From positions 8,866,001 through 8,930,000 of the forward strand of contig NW_027361754.1 of the NCBI RefSeq assembly GCF_039654945.1: a stretch of 64,000 bases of DNA, written 5' to 3'. The DNA comes from Dendrobates tinctorius. Lineage: Eukaryota. The translations under genes and the position numbers were made by a program. The notes under the pieces were generated by a model, which saw only the letters and a list, made by a program, of their open reading frames with translations, was not told the DNA's origin and made no database searches. Positions 26,711 to 41,627 of this stretch are shown one piece after another. How positions within the stretch are numbered: position 1 is the first letter of the stretch; each line of letters begins with the position of its first letter.

Positions 26711-27796
26711 CAGAGGTCTTAAACACGCGGCCCCTGAGGCAGTCATCTGCGGCCCGCGGTGCACCACATGTCTTACTCGCTCCCTGAGGCAGGTAGAACG
26801 GGGAAGGCACGCATTCAGGAGCGCGCGAAGGCTGTGTGTTCTGTGTGCACAGGACCTGGGATGAGGTCACAGGAGGGGGAGGAGCCAGGGGTCACATGAT
26901 CAGTGGCCTCGTGTATGCAGGACGCTAATGTCTGTGTTGGATGCGGGTAAGTTTGTGTGGGGTCAGGAGCCGAGCCGCGCGTGTGCGAGGACCGTGGTGT
27001 ATGGAGCGGAGCCCCGTGTGTACGAGGTGTACGGAGCGGAGCCGCGTGTGTACGAGGACCGAGGTGTATGGAGCGGAGCCGTGTCTATGAAGTGTACGGA
27101 GCGGAGCCACACGTATGAGGTGTACGGATCGGAGCCGTGTGTGTACGAGATGTATTGAGCGGAGCAGTGTGTGTACGAGGACCAAGGTGCAGGGAGCGGA
27201 GCCATGTGTGTACGAGGTGTATGGAGTGGAGCCGTGTGTATATAAAGTGTACGGAGCGGAGCTGCGTGTACGAGGTGTGCGGAGTGGAGATGTGCGTGTA
27301 CGAGGTGTGCTGAGTGGAGATGTGCGTGTATTTTGGCATGGGGACCCCATTTGAAAGTTCGCACCAGGGCCCATAACTTTGTAGTTATGCCACTGCTCAC
27401 GCTAGAAGAGAGGAAGAGTGCGCCGCTCTGTAGTGGCTGTGGCCCTGCCTGATGACATCCCTCTGGCGCTGTGTAATGACATCACGCCAGTGCACAGAGA
27501 GGGGAGGCGTGACTTTCCCCCCATTGCTGGATTTTGCAGGTGGCTGTGCGTGTACAGTGAGATGATAGCGCCAGCTCACATGCAGAGCCGACACTATCAT
27601 CCGCTGAGGTAAGCTGTACATCAAAGCTCACAACCTATTTGAACAGCCACGATCGGTCTTAGCACCGATCGCGGCTGGTTAATCTCTTAGATACCGCTAT
27701 CAATCGTGACTGTATTAAGTTTGAAAGGAATGCGGCCCACCAGCTTAAATTTTTTTTTTGTGTGGCCCATTTACTCTGCCGAGTTTGAGACCCCTG
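26711..27796. mobile_element. hAT (Charlie-like) non-autonomous element containing a minisatellite
   Basis: Ends cagaggtcttaaac..gcggccc and gcggccc...gagtttgagacccctg; TSD only partly matched. Confidence 0.6.
26965..27330. repeat. Minisatellite of ~29-38-bp units (gtgtacgaggtgtacggagcggagcc)
   Basis: About 10 visible tandem copies. Confidence 0.85.
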
Positions 27797-27840
27797 ATAT
27801 ATACGCGCACACACACAATATATATATATATATATATATA

Positions 27841-29040
27841 CACTCACTGGCCACTTTATTAGGTTCACCTGTCCAACTGTGTGTTAAGACTTAATTTCTA
27901 ATCAGCCAATCACATGGCGGCAACTCAGTGCATTTAGGCATGTAGACATGGTCAAGACAATCTCCTGCAGTTCAAACCGAGCATCAGTATGGGGAAGAAA
28001 GGTGATTTGAGTGCCTTTGAACGTGGCATGATTGTTGGTGCCAGAAGGGCTGGTCTGAGTATTTCAGAAACTGCTGATCTACTGGGATTTTCACGCACAA
28101 CCATCTCTAGGGTTTACAGAGAATGGTCCGAAAAAGAAAAAAAATCCAGTGAGCGGCAGTTCTGTGGGCGGAAATGCCTTGTTGATGCCAGAGGTCAGAG
28201 GAGAATGGGCATACTGGTTCGAGCTGATAGAAAGGCAACAGTGACTCAAATTGCCACGCGTTACAACCAAGGTAGGCAGAAGAGCATCTCTGAACGCACA
28301 GTGCGTCGAACTTTGAGGCAGATGGGCTACAGCAGCAGAAGACCACACTGGGTACCACTCCTCTCAGCTAAGAACAGGAAACTGAGGCTACAATTTGCAC
28401 AAGCTCATCGAAATTGGACAGTAGAAGATTGGAAAAACGTTGCCTGGTCTGATGAGTCTCGATTTCTGCTGCGACATTCGGATGGTAGGGTCAGAATTTG
28501 GCGTAAACAACATGAAAGCATGGATCCATCCAGCCTTGTATCAACGGTTCAGGCTGGTGGTGGTGGTGTCATGGTGTGGGGAATTTTTTCTTGGCACTCT
28601 TTGGGCCCCTTGGTACCAATTGAGCATCGTTGCAACGCCACAGCCTACCTGAGTATTGTTGCTGACCATGTCCATCCCTTTATGACCACAATGTACCCAA
28701 CATCTGATGACTACTTTCAGCAGGATAATGCGCCATGTCATAAAGCTCGAATCATCTCAGATTGGTTTCTTGAACATGACAATGAGTTCACTGTACTCAA
28801 ATGGCCTCCTCAGTCACCAGATCTCAATCCAATAGAGCATCTTTGGGATGTGGTGGAACGGGAGATTCGCATCAGGGATGTGCAGCCGACAAATCTGCGC
28901 CAACTGTGTGATGCCATCATGTCAATATGGTCCAAAATCTCTGAGGAATGCTTCCAGCACCTTGTTGAATCTCTGCCACGAAGAATTGAGGCAGTTCTGA
29001 AGGCAAAAGGGGGTCCAACCCGTTACTAGCATGGTGTACC
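27841..29040 (+). mobile_element. Tc1/mariner DD36E (Incomer-type) DNA transposon, ~1.2 kb; right TIR runs into an assembly gap
   Basis: Left TIR cactcactggccactttattaggttcacc follows a (TA)n run; ggtgtacc (start of the right TIR) precedes the Ns; encloses an intact transposase. Confidence 0.9.
27989..29029 (+). CDS. Intact 346-aa Tc1-family transposase with a DD36E triad
   Basis: N-terminal HTH region, [30 protein letters not shown]; 36 residues counted between the second D and E. Confidence 0.92.
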   Translation: MGKKGDLSAFERGMIVGARRAGLSISETADLLGFSRTTISRVYREWSEKEKKSSERQFCGRKCLVDARGQRRMGILVRADRKATVTQIATRYNQGRQKSISERTVRRTLRQMGYSSRRPHWVPLLSAKNRKLRLQFAQAHRNWTVEDWKNVAWSDESRFLLRHSDGRVRIWRKQHESMDPSSLVSTVQAGGGGVMVWGIFSWHSLGPLVPIEHRCNATAYLSIVADHVHPFMTTMYPTSDDYFQQDNAPCHKARIISDWFLEHDNEFTVLKWPPQSPDLNPIEHLWDVVEREIRIRDVQPTNLRQLCDAIMSIWSKISEECFQHLVESLPRRIEAVLKAKGGPTRY

Positions 29041-29178
29041 NNNNNNNNNNNNNNNNNNNNNNNNNNNNNNNNNNNNNNNNNNNNNNNNNNNNNNNNNNNN
29101 NNNNNNNNNNNNNNNNNNNNNNNNNNNNNNNNNNNNNNNNNNNNNNNNNNNNNNNNNNNNNNNNNNNNNNNNNNNNNN
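29041..29178. other. Assembly gap (138 N)
   Basis: Run of N in the right TIR of the DD36E element. Confidence 1.
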
Positions 29179-29262
29179 AGCGCCGACTTTTTCCACAGCA
29201 CTTTACATTTCAGCGGGGACTTGTACAGACAATAGACATTACAGCATAACAATAATCACATA

Positions 29263-30857
<1,595 letters not shown>

Positions 30858-30921
30858 TAGATCATGACAGATACCAAGAGTAATGAGGGCCCTGCTCGCA
30901 AGCTTACAATCTATATACAAT

Positions 30922-31283
30922 CGAGATGGTTTGGGGTGAGCTGGACCGCAGAGTGAAGGCAAAAGGGCCAACAAGTGCTAAGCATCTCTGGGAACTCCTT
31001 CAAGACTGTTGGAAGACCATTTCCGGTGACTACCTCTTGAAGCTCATCAAGAGAATACCAAGAGTGTGCAGAGCAGTAATCAAAGCAAAAGGTGGCTACT
31101 TTGAAGAACCTTGAATATAAGACATATTTTCAGCTGTTTCACAATGTTTTGTTAATGATATAATTCCACGTGTGTTAATTCATAGTTTTGATGCCTTCAG
31201 AGTGAATCTACAATTTTCATAGTCATGAAAATAAAGAAAACTCTTTGAATGAGAAGGTGTGTCCAAACTTTTGGTCTTTACTG
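30922..31283 (+). mobile_element. 3' fragment of another Tc1 element (C-terminal transposase and right TIR)
   Basis: IEMVWGELDRRVK...VIKAKGGYFEE; ends gagaaggtgtgtccaaacttttggtctttactg|TA. Confidence 0.8.
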
Positions 31284-31319
31284 TATATGTGTGTGCCTAT
31301 ACAGTATATGCACATATAT

Positions 31320-32430
31320 GTTGCGCAATTGGTACAGACAACAGGTACAACTGATTGGAAATTAGCAAGACAACCTCTATAAAATGAGTGGTTCTGCAGG
31401 TGGTGACCACAGACCATTTCTCTGCTCTCATCCTTCTTGGCTATTTTGGTCACTTTTGCATTTTGTCATTGTTCTCACCCCTAGAGATATTGTACAGTAG
31501 AATGAGGCGGTGACTACAATCCACAGAAGTTGCATAGGTAGTGCAGCAGAATGGCACATCAATGCCACCTGTAGCAATAAGAGTAGCAGTGTATGTCAGC
31601 AGTGTCCAGAGAATGGAGCAGATTCCAGGAGACAAGCAAGTACACCAGGAGACGTGTAGGTGGCCGTAGGAGGGCAACAATGCAGCAGGACTGCTTTGTC
31701 CCTCCTTTGTGCAAGAAGGATCATTGCCAGAGCTCTGCAAAATGATCTCTAGCAAGCCATTAACATCCATGTGTCTGCTCAAACGGTCAGAAACAGACTT
31801 CATGAGGGTTGTACGAGGGCCCGACATCCACAAGTGGGTGACGCCGCACCGCACAGGGCAATTGGCATTTGCCGGAGAACACCAAGATTGGCAGACTCGA
31901 CATTGGCACCCTGTGCCCTTCATGGATGAGAGCAGGTACACACTGAGCAAATGTGACAGACGTGACAGTCTGGAGACACCTTGGAGAACGAACGATCTGC
32001 TGCCTGCAACATTGTCCAGAATGACCGTTTTGGCAGTGGGTCAGTAATGGTCAGAAGAGGCATTTCTTTGGAGGAACGCACAGCCCTCTATGTACTAAAA
32101 AGAGGTAGCCTGACTGCCATTAAGTACTGGGATGAGATCCTCAGACCCATTGTGAGACCATATTCAGGTGCACTGGGCCCTGGGTTCCTTACGATGCATG
32201 ACAACGGCACACCTCATGTGGCTGAAGTGTGTCAGCAGTTCCTGCATGATGAAGGCATTGATGCTATGGACTGGCCCGCCCGTTCCCGAGACCTGAATCC
32301 AATCGAGCACATCTGGGATATCATGTCTCGCTCCATCCACCAACGTCACGTTGCACCACAGACTGTCAGGAGGTGACATGCTGTAATCCAGGTCTGGGAG
32401 GAGATCCCTCAGGAGAACATCTGCCTTCTG
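31320..32430 (+). mobile_element. Degenerate Tc1 (DD34E) relic
   Basis: Frameshifted pieces FMDESRY and MHDNGTPH...DWPARSRDLNPIEHIWD. Confidence 0.8.
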
Positions 32431-32553
32431 ATATACTTTTTTTTCAATAGCTTTATACTATTTTCTAGGGAGATTTTTGAGGCCAAACAACAAGTGATGT
32501 TTTTCTATTTTACTCCTACTTAGTATCATCACTTGTGATTACCTTTTGCTTAT

Positions 32554-34800
32554 ATGCATCACAGTATGTATGATGCACACACATGTGACCTGCGGGGGAT
32601 ATATATTACACACACCATACACACGCACACTGTACTCACACACCGGAGGCTGTCACATGCGACCTGCAGAGGATATATATTACACACAGTATGTATCATG
32701 CACACACATGTGACCTGCGGGGGATATATATTACACACACCATACACACGCACACTGTACTCACACACCGGAGGCTGTCACATGCGACCTGCAGAGGATA
32801 TATATTACACACAGTATATCTGATGTACACAGACCATACACACTGTACTCACACACCGGAGGCTGTCACATGCGACCTGCAGAGGATATATATTACACAC
32901 GGTATATCTGATGTACACAGACCATACACACTGTACTCACACACCGGAGGCTGTCACATGCGACCTGCAGGGGATATATATTACACACGGTATATCTGAT
33001 GTACACAGACCATACACACTGTACTCACACACCGGAGGCTGTCACATGCGACCTGCAGAGGATATATATTACACACGGTATATCTGATGTACACAGACCA
33101 TACACACTGTACTCACACATCGGAGGCTGTCACATGCGACCTGCAGAGGATATATATTACACACGGTATATCTGATGTACACAGACCATACACACTGTAC
33201 TCACACACCGGAGGCTGTCACATGCGACCTGCAAAGGATATATATTACACACGGTATATCTGATGTACACAGACCATACACACTGTACTCACACACCGGA
33301 GGCTGTCACATGCGACCTGCAGAGGATATATATTACACACGGTATATCTGATGTACACAGACCATACACACTGTACTCACACATCGGAGGCTGTCACATG
33401 CGACCTGCAGAGGATATATATTACACACGGTATATCTGATGTACACAGACCATACACACTGTACTCACACACCGGAGGCTGTCACATGCGACCTGCAGGG
33501 GATATATATTACACACGGTATATCTGATGTACACAGACCATACACACTGTACTCACACACCGGAGGCTGTCACATGCGACCTGCAGAGGATATATATTAC
33601 ACACGGTATATCTGATGTACACAGACCATACACACTGTACTCACACATCGGAGGCTGTCACATGCGACCTGCAGAGGATATATATTACACACGGTATATC
33701 TGATGTACACAGACCATACACACTGTACTCACACATCGGAGGCTGTCACATGCGACCTGCAGAGGATATATATTACACACGGTATATCTGATGTACACAG
33801 ACCATACACACTGTACTCACACACCGGAGGCTGTCACATGCGACCTGCAGGGGATATATATTACACACGGTATATCTGATGTACACAGACCATACACACT
33901 GTACTCACACATCGGAGGCTGTCACATGCGACCTGCAGAGGATATATATTACACACGGTATATCTGATGTACACAGACCATACACACTGTACTCACACAC
34001 CGGAGGCTGTCACATGCGACCTGCAGAGGATATATATTACACACGGTATATCTGATGTACACAGACCATACACACTGTACTCACACACCGGAGGCTGTCA
34101 CATGCGACCTGCAGAGGATATATATTACACACGGTATATCTGATGTACACAGACCATACACACTGTACTCACACACCGGAGGCTGTCACATGCGACCTGC
34201 AGAGGATATATATTACACACGGTATATCTGATGTACACAGACCATACACACTGTACTCACACACCGGAGGCTGTCACATGCGACCTGCAAAGGATATATA
34301 TTACACACGGTATATCTGATGTACACAGACCATACACACTGTACTCAGACCATACACACTGTACTCAGACCATACACACTGTACTCACACACCGGAGGCT
34401 GTCACATGCGACCTGCAGAGGATATATATTACACACGGTATATCTGATGTACACAGACCATACACACTGTACTCACACATCGGAGGCTGTCACATGCGAC
34501 CTGCAGGGGATATATATTACACACGGTATATCTGATGTACACAGACCATACACACTGTACTCACACACCGGAGGCTGTCACATGTGACCTGCGGGGGATA
34601 TATATTACACACACCATACACACGCACACTGTACTCACACACCGGAGGCTGTCACATGCGACCTGCAGGGGATATATATTACACACAGTATGTATGATGT
34701 ACACAGACCATACACACGCACACTGTACACACACCGGAGCTACTACGTGTGGCCTGCAGAGGATATAGATTACACACAGTATATCTGATGTGTATACACG
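32554..34800. repeat. 88-bp tandem satellite, ~25 copies, highly homogeneous core
   Basis: Unit agaggatatatattacacacggtatatctgatgtacacagaccatacacactgtactcacacaccggaggctgtcacatgcgacctgc. Confidence 0.97.
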
Positions 34801-34928
34801 GTATATCTCACACATGCGCAGTGTGCCCGCAGTCCGTGGAGCATTACCGGCCGGTCACACTCTTCTCTTCCGGATGCGCATAGACAATGGAGCAGACGCA
34901 GGCCGGGTCCTCGTCCGCAGTCACTCAC

Positions 34929-35250
34929 CGTTTCCGGAGCGGCTCTTCCGTCCAGCCGGCTGCGTGGCTCCACCTCGGCCGCTCCCGGTGGCAGGCTCAG
35001 GCCTGTGAGCAGGGGTGTCCGGCAGCTTCTCTCTGCCACAGCCTGGGAGTCACCGGCGGCAGTGGTGGAGGAGGGGAACAGAGGGCGGGGCGCGGGGAGG
35101 AGCCGGCGAGCGGGTACAATGGACCGCCCTCACCTGTTACCATGGTGATATGGTATCATATGTACTCTTATCAGCCAATCAGAATCCAGCTTTCTTTGCT
35201 GCCTAGCAGGTTAAAATATGAAAGGAGTGATGTGATTGGCTGATTTGTGA
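34929..35250 (-). promoter_or_regulatory. CTNNBIP1: CpG-rich promoter and probable non-coding exon 1 of CTNNBIP1
   Basis: Non-repeat CpG-rich stretch (~34810-35130); minus-strand donor CGG|GTGAGT at 34929/34928; GC box gggcggggcg at ~35083; CCAAT boxes agccaatcag (~35173) and gattggctga (~35234). It lies upstream of the CTNNBIP1 coding exons on the same strand. Confidence 0.7.
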
Positions 35251-35789
35251 AAAGCTTCACAAGGCCCTAACTGTGTATAGGAAGTGTCTGACAGACAGCA
35301 GTGAGGACTGCACAGGGGCAAACCGGCTCTGTACAGGAAAACCGGGGGCGAAAGTAGAGCAGTGATGTGGTACATGTATATCTATAAACAGTATATCCAC
35401 CTCACCACTAACAATACACCAAGAAAGAAATGCTGCAGAAAGATGGAAGACATCGGACGGAACCGTTCCATCCAGTATGGCGTGTGAGCCCTGATAGAAA
35501 CCCTGGTCCTGCGGTGTTCGGCGCCATGTCATCAGGTCGGCTGCAGAACCCCAAGTCCTGCGCGCTGCCTGCTGCGGCCTCCATGAAGACGACTGATATT
35601 TCAAGCATATTCCATATTCACAGCCGATGGCACGTTCTTTGATGTGGGGCTACAATCTTATAAGGATCAGACAAGATGGCGCCTCCTCTCCCCAAACACA
35701 TTAATGAGTCTCAGAAACCCATGAGCCTTTCACGAGCTCAGGAGAGGGCCGTCCTTGAACCATTTTTGGTACATACTAACTACCGTAGA

Positions 35790-36300
35790 CTAAGAACACC
35801 CCACAAAAGACGCCTAATACCAGGAACACCCCTCCTATATACCAGGAACACCCAGAAGACCTGTCTAACACTAAAATCACCTCCGTAAGATCCGCTGTTT
35901 ACCGGAAACACCCCACAAGAACTGTTGAACACTGAAGTCACCCCCATAAGACCTGCCAAACACTGGAAACACCTCACAAGACTCGCCCAATACTAGGACA
36001 CTCCACATGAACTGTCACATACCAGGAACAAACCCACAAGAGCTACCAAATACCAGGAACACCTCACTAGACCCGCCGTATACCGGGAACACCCCACAAG
36101 ACCCGCCGTATACCAGGAATACCCCACAAGAACTGCCAAACACTGTGAACACCCCACAAGACCCATCATATATTGGGAACACGCAAGATCTGCCAAATAC
36201 CAGGAACACCCCACAAGACCCATCATATATTGGGAACACGCAAGATCTGCCAAATACCAGGAACACCCCACAAGGCTTGCCAAATACCGAGAACACCTCA
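35790..36300 (-). repeat. 30-bp minisatellite family B (reverse orientation)
   Basis: ggaacaccccacaagacccgccgtatac units. Confidence 0.85.
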
Positions 36301-37378
36301 TGTCGTAGAGAACAATTTAAAATCCATAAAGACATTTCCAGAGTGAGGACATATCACCCTCACATTGAACGTATGGGATTAATTATAACTGGGGAAGTGA
36401 GAAACTAATTCTAACTGGGAAGTGAGAGAGCTTACACTTCAACCTCCATTGAAGTAGGGACCAGAAAATTACAACAGGAGATCTGATCTGGAAACCAGAC
36501 ACTAAGCCAAGGATTTGTTTACTCAGAGACAGAGAAGTACACTTCCAAGGCAAGAGCTTCCTCTGTTCTAAGGGCTTGTCTGAAAAACTTTGGTGCCAGT
36601 GGTTAGTGATGAATATTGGGGTTTGCATTGATCTGCTATTTATGGGAGATACATTTTCAGCATCATAGCGAAGGGAGGAACATAACACGCATTCACTCAT
36701 CACACCATAGGGCCATGCTAACCCCTCCGACTTAATCGTTGGGACTGATGCATGATGCTATACATGCCATGATGTAATCTCTATAGCAGGGTAAACTCGT
36801 GATAGGCGGGAGATATTATGCTTCCTAGGACCTCCAGGGGTGAAGATATACTGAAATTTGGGGATGTCATAAGCTTCTAAAAGACTTAACACATCTCACA
36901 ACCAGCCCCCATATCAACTCACCAAGGGGAGGTATATGGGCGTAATCTTGAGCTAAAAAAAACAGAGTTTGAGTTTCTTTCAATGTTTATTCTGGAAGCC
37001 AGTTTTCTGTGAGACTGTTTTATTTTCCTAATCGGAGCGCTTCCCTCCATAAAGATAAGAGCCGTTCTTGCAACATTAGGTTTAGTACTTCTCTTTCATT
37101 ATCCCTTTTATTTTATCAGTTTATACCGTATTGTTTTGTTCCTATTTTGCATCATCTTTGTATATTTAAAAAAAAAAAAAACTGCCTACCTTTCCAGATT
37201 AAATATATAAAATTGAATAGCTCTGTTCCTCTTGCTCTGTAAATTGCACCCCTGAAGCCATACACTACCTGTAATGGGCATCAAATCGGCCTGCATACAC
37301 GATTGGTGGTGGCAGCGAGTAGTTCCTTTTTCTTTTTTTTATTGTGGAGCTGGCAGCGACCATATTGGGGTATATATA

Positions 37379-39003
37379 CAGTGCCTTGCGAAAGTATTCG
37401 GCCCCCTGGAACTTTTCAACCTTTTCCCACATATGCTTCAAACATAAAGATACCAAATGTAAATTTTTGGTGAAGAATCAACAAGTGGTACACAGTTGTG
37501 AAGTTGAACGAAATTTATTGGTTATTTTAAATTTTTTTGGGAAATTCAAAAACTGAAAAGTGGGGCGTGCAATATTATTTGGCCCCTTTAACTTAATACT
37601 TTGTTGCGCCACTTTTTGCTGCGATTACAGCTGCAAGTCGCTTGGGTTAGGTCTCTATCAGTTTTGTACATCGAGAGACTGAAATTCTTGCCCATTCTTC
37701 CTTGGCAAACAGCTCGAGCTCAGTGAGGTTTGATGGAGATCGTTTGTGAACAGCAGTTTTCAGCTCTTTCCACAGATTCTCGATTGGATTCAGGTCTGGA
37801 CTTTGACTTGGCCATTCTAACACCTGGATACGTTCATTTGTGAACCATTCCATTGTAGATTTTGCTTTATGTTTGGGATCATTGTCTTGTTGGAAGACAA
37901 ATCTCCGTCCCAGTCTCAGGTCTTTTACAAACTCCAACAGGTTTTCTTCAAGAATGGTCCTGTATTTGGCTCCATCCATCTTCCCATCAATTTTAACCAT
38001 CTTCCCTGTCCCTGCTGAAGAAAAGCAGGCCCAAACCATGATGCTGTCACCACCATGTTTGACAGTGGGGATGATGTGTTCAGGGTGATGAGCTGTGTTT
38101 CCTTTACATCAAACATATCGTTTGGCATTATTGCCAAAAAGTTCGATTTTGGTTTCATCTGACCAGAGCACCTTCTTCCACATGTTTGGCGTGTCTCCCA
38201 GGTGGCTTTTTGCAAACATTAAATTACACTTTTTATGGATATCTTTGAGAAATGGCTTTCTTCTTGCTACTCTTCCATAAAGGCCAAATTTGTGAAGTGT
38301 ATGACTGATTGCTGTCCTATGTACACACTGTCCCACCTCAGCTGTAGAACTCTGCAGTTCATCAAGAGTGATCATGGGCCTCTTGGCTGCATCTCTGATC
38401 ATTCTTCTCCTTGTTTGAGATGAAAGTTTAGAAGGACGGCCGGGTCATGGTAGAATTGCAGTGGTATGATACTCCTTCCATTTCAATATGATCGCTTGCA
38501 TGGGGCTCCTTGGGATGTTTAAAGTTCTGGAAATAATTTTGTATCCAAATCCGGCTTTAAACTTCTCCACAACAGTATCACGGACCTGCCTGTTGTGTTC
38601 CTTGGTCTTCATGATGCTTTCTGTGCATCAAACAGAGCCCTGAGGCTATCACAGAGCAGGTGCATTTATACGGAGACTTGATTACACACAGGAGGATTAT
38701 ATTTATCATCATTAGTCATTTAGGACAACATTGGATCATTCAGAGATCCACAATGAGCTTCTGGAGTGAGTTTGCTGCACTGAGAGTAAAGGGGCCGAAT
38801 AATATTGCACGCCCCACTTTTCAGTATTTTAATTTCCACAAAAATTTTAAATAACCAATAAATTTCATTCAACTTCAAAATTGTGTTCCACTTGTTGTTG
38901 ATTCTTCACCAAAAATTTACATTTGGCATCTTTATGTTTGAACCATGATATGTGGGAAAAGGTTGAAAAGTTCCAGGGGGCCAAATACTTTCGCGAGGCA
39001 CTG
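37379..39003 (-). mobile_element. Full-length Tc1 (DD34E) with long TIRs; transposase has several nonsense mutations
   Basis: TA|cagtgccttgcgaaagtattcggcccc ... tttcgcgaggcactg|TA; ~200-bp inverted ends; ORF pieces 38402-38109 and 38039-37647 in one frame with WSDETKIE and QQDNDPKH...LNPIE. Confidence 0.92.
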
Positions 39004-39012
39004 TATATATAC

Positions 39013-39064
<52 letters not shown>
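39004..39064. repeat. (TA)n microsatellite flanking Tc1
   Basis: Direct read. Confidence 0.95.
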
Positions 39065-39073
<9 letters not shown>

Positions 39074-39769
39074 CATGCATTGGAATCAGAGATGTACAGC
39101 AGCATGTAAAAATTTAGGCACCTCTGGTCAAAATTACTGTTCTTTTGAAGAGTTAAACAAGTTGGAGATGAAATGATCTCTGAAAGGTCTAAAGTTAAAG
39201 ATGACACATTTCCTTTGTATGCTAGGCAAAAAAAATATGTATTTTAAAAATTACAAAAAGGAAAATGGGCTGAAGCAAAAGTTTGGGCACCCTACATGGC
39301 TAGTACCTGGTTGCACCCACTTTTGCAAATATCACAGCCTGTAAACGCCTTTTGTAGCCAACGAAGAGTCTTTCAATTCTTGTTTGAGGGATTTTCCTCC
39401 ATTCTTCCTTGGATAAGTCTTCCAGTTCTGGGAGATTCCTGGGTCGTCTTCCATCCTCTGCTATTTTGAGCTTTAGACAGATTTTCAATGATGCTCAGAT
39501 CAGGGGATAGTGAGGGCCATTGTAAAACCTTCAGCTTGTGCCTGTTGAGGTAGTTTATTGTGGATTTTGACATGTGTTTAGGATAATTATCCATTTGTAG
39601 AAGCCATCCTCTCTTTTCAGCTTCAGCTTTTTTTTACAGATGGTGATATGTTTCCATCAAGAGTTTGTAGAAATTTCATTGAATCCATTCTTCCCTCTAC
39701 CCGTGAAATGTTCGTCCTGCCATTGGCTGCAACACAACACCAAAGCATGATTGATCCACCCCCATGCTT

Positions 39770-41627
39770 TTTTTTTTGTTTTGTTTTTTTTTGTTTTTTT
39801 AAATCAGAAATTTTTATTGCATATCAAAATTCGAAACAACAAACATTCAGTCTGTCAACAGTAGACAGGTTATACATTTTCCAATATATTCCCCATTCCT
39901 TTCCCCCACCCCCTTCCCCTCTGTAAAGCACATATACAACCATTTAAATAACAGTACACAGTAATGCAGCATAAATCTCCCGAGGTCAGCACCTCTCCAC
40001 CCAGGGATTCCATATTGTTTCAAAGGTACCAGCCCTTTTCCTTTTCTCGTATATACTCTTTTCTATACTCATAATATAATCAGACTGCCTATAGAACTCC
40101 CGCATTGACGGTGGATCTTCACTTATCCAACATCTGGCAATTTGTTTCCTCGCAATATACAACAATCTAGCTATTGCTAGTTTATGACAATTCGATACCC
40201 CAATCTCTTCTACATATCCCAAAATACATATCAGCGGGTCCCTTTTCATTCTACAATTATATGTTCTTTCAATTGCGGCTGTCACTTCCATCCAAAACGA
40301 ACTTAGCTTTGGGCATTGCCATAGCATGTGAACAATCCTAGCCCCTTCGTTCCGACACCTATGGCATTCGGAGGTCTTCTCAACCCGGCCTTGTATAGCC
40401 TATCCGGGGTCCTGTACACTCTATGAAGCACATACAACTGAGAAAGTCTGGCCGGTTCGCTCAATGATAGCTTAGGTATATATTCCATTATTGTTTCCCT
40501 TTTATCTTCATCTATGTCCCCTACCTCTTTCTCCCATTTCTCTTTTGCTTTAATTGGATACCTTTGTAAGAAGGCAAACAGTAGGTCTCTATATATTCCG
40601 GAAACCATACCTCTTGTTCCCCCTTTTGCACAAACATAATTTACCAGAATATCCGCCTGAACCTTCATATTAACCATTTTACTCTGGGTCCTGTAAGCAT
40701 GATGAAATTGCCTGTACTGGAACCTACAGATCTCCGGCAGCCCATAAACCTCCTGTAGTTTATCAAAAGATAACAACTCCTGCCCGTCTTGTACCTGGCC
40801 AATGTAACATATTCCCAAACTCTTCCAAATTTTAAAGTCCCCCATTTTAACAAACTCCGGTAGATTGTAATTTTGCCATATTGGAGAGAAGTCAGTTAGA
40901 TATTCCACCCCTCTAATCTTCTTAATTTCCTCCCATACCTTATGTATCAGTAAACAGGTGGGATAGACAAAACCAACCCTCCTAAAGCATCCTGCTTCCA
41001 GGCCCTGGACCAGTGGACTCCTATCCAAAACATGAGCCAAGACCCTTTGTGTTGAACCCATATTATCAATTCTCTCCAGCCCCTTATATGTTGACCCTGC
41101 ACAGCTAGATAATAAATCCAAGGGTTCGGAAGCGCCAATCCTCCTTCACTCTTAGGTCTCTGCAGAATTTCCAGTCGAAGCCTTGCCTGTTTTTTCCCCC
41201 AAACCAGATCTCTGAAAATGGAACTAATGGTACGAACCACTTTTTGGGAATCCAGATAGGGGCATTATGCAGCATATATAATAGCTGAGGCATTAGAATA
41301 ATAATAAATAATAATCTTTATTTTTATATAGCGCTAACATATTCCGCAGCACTTTACAGTTTGCACACATTATCATCACTGTCCCCGATGGGGCGCTCAA
41401 TCTAAATTTCCTATCAGTATGTTTTTGGAATGTGGGAGGAAACCGGAGTGCACGGGGAGAACATACAAACTCCTTGCAGATGCTGTCCTTGGTGGGATTT
41501 GAACCCAGGATTCCAGCGCTGCAAGGCTGCAGCGCTAACCACTGAGCCACCGTGCTCAGAATCATCTTAATCAAATTGATTCTCCCCACCACTGAGATAT
41601 GCAATCTGCTCCATGTCCCTATTTTGT
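39770..41627 (-). mobile_element. 5'-truncated L1/Tx1-clade LINE (ORF2 C-terminus, 3' UTR, poly-A)
   Basis: SVVGRINLIKMILMPQLLY, LQRPKSEGGLALPN and HMLWQCP zinc-knuckle region; T-rich tail 39770-39800; 13-bp TSD cacccccatgctt at 39757-39769 and 41628-41640. Confidence 0.92.
41300..41557 (-). mobile_element. tRNA-derived V-SINE with L2-type tail inserted in L1 ORF2
   Basis: Minus strand: box A GTGGCTCAGTGG, box B GGTTCAAATCC, V-domain GGAGTTTGTATGTTCTCCCCGTG...GGTTTCCTCCCACA, tail GCGCTATATAAAAATAAAG(ATT)n; agaat duplicated at 41295 and 41558. Confidence 0.85.

Noticed and set aside
32554-34800. CRISPR-like regular repeat array
   Set aside because: Units are head-to-tail with no unique spacers; eukaryotic context; no cas genes.
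41490-41557. tRNA gene
   Set aside because: A and B boxes are the head of a V-SINE; it continues into SINE body and tail with a TSD.
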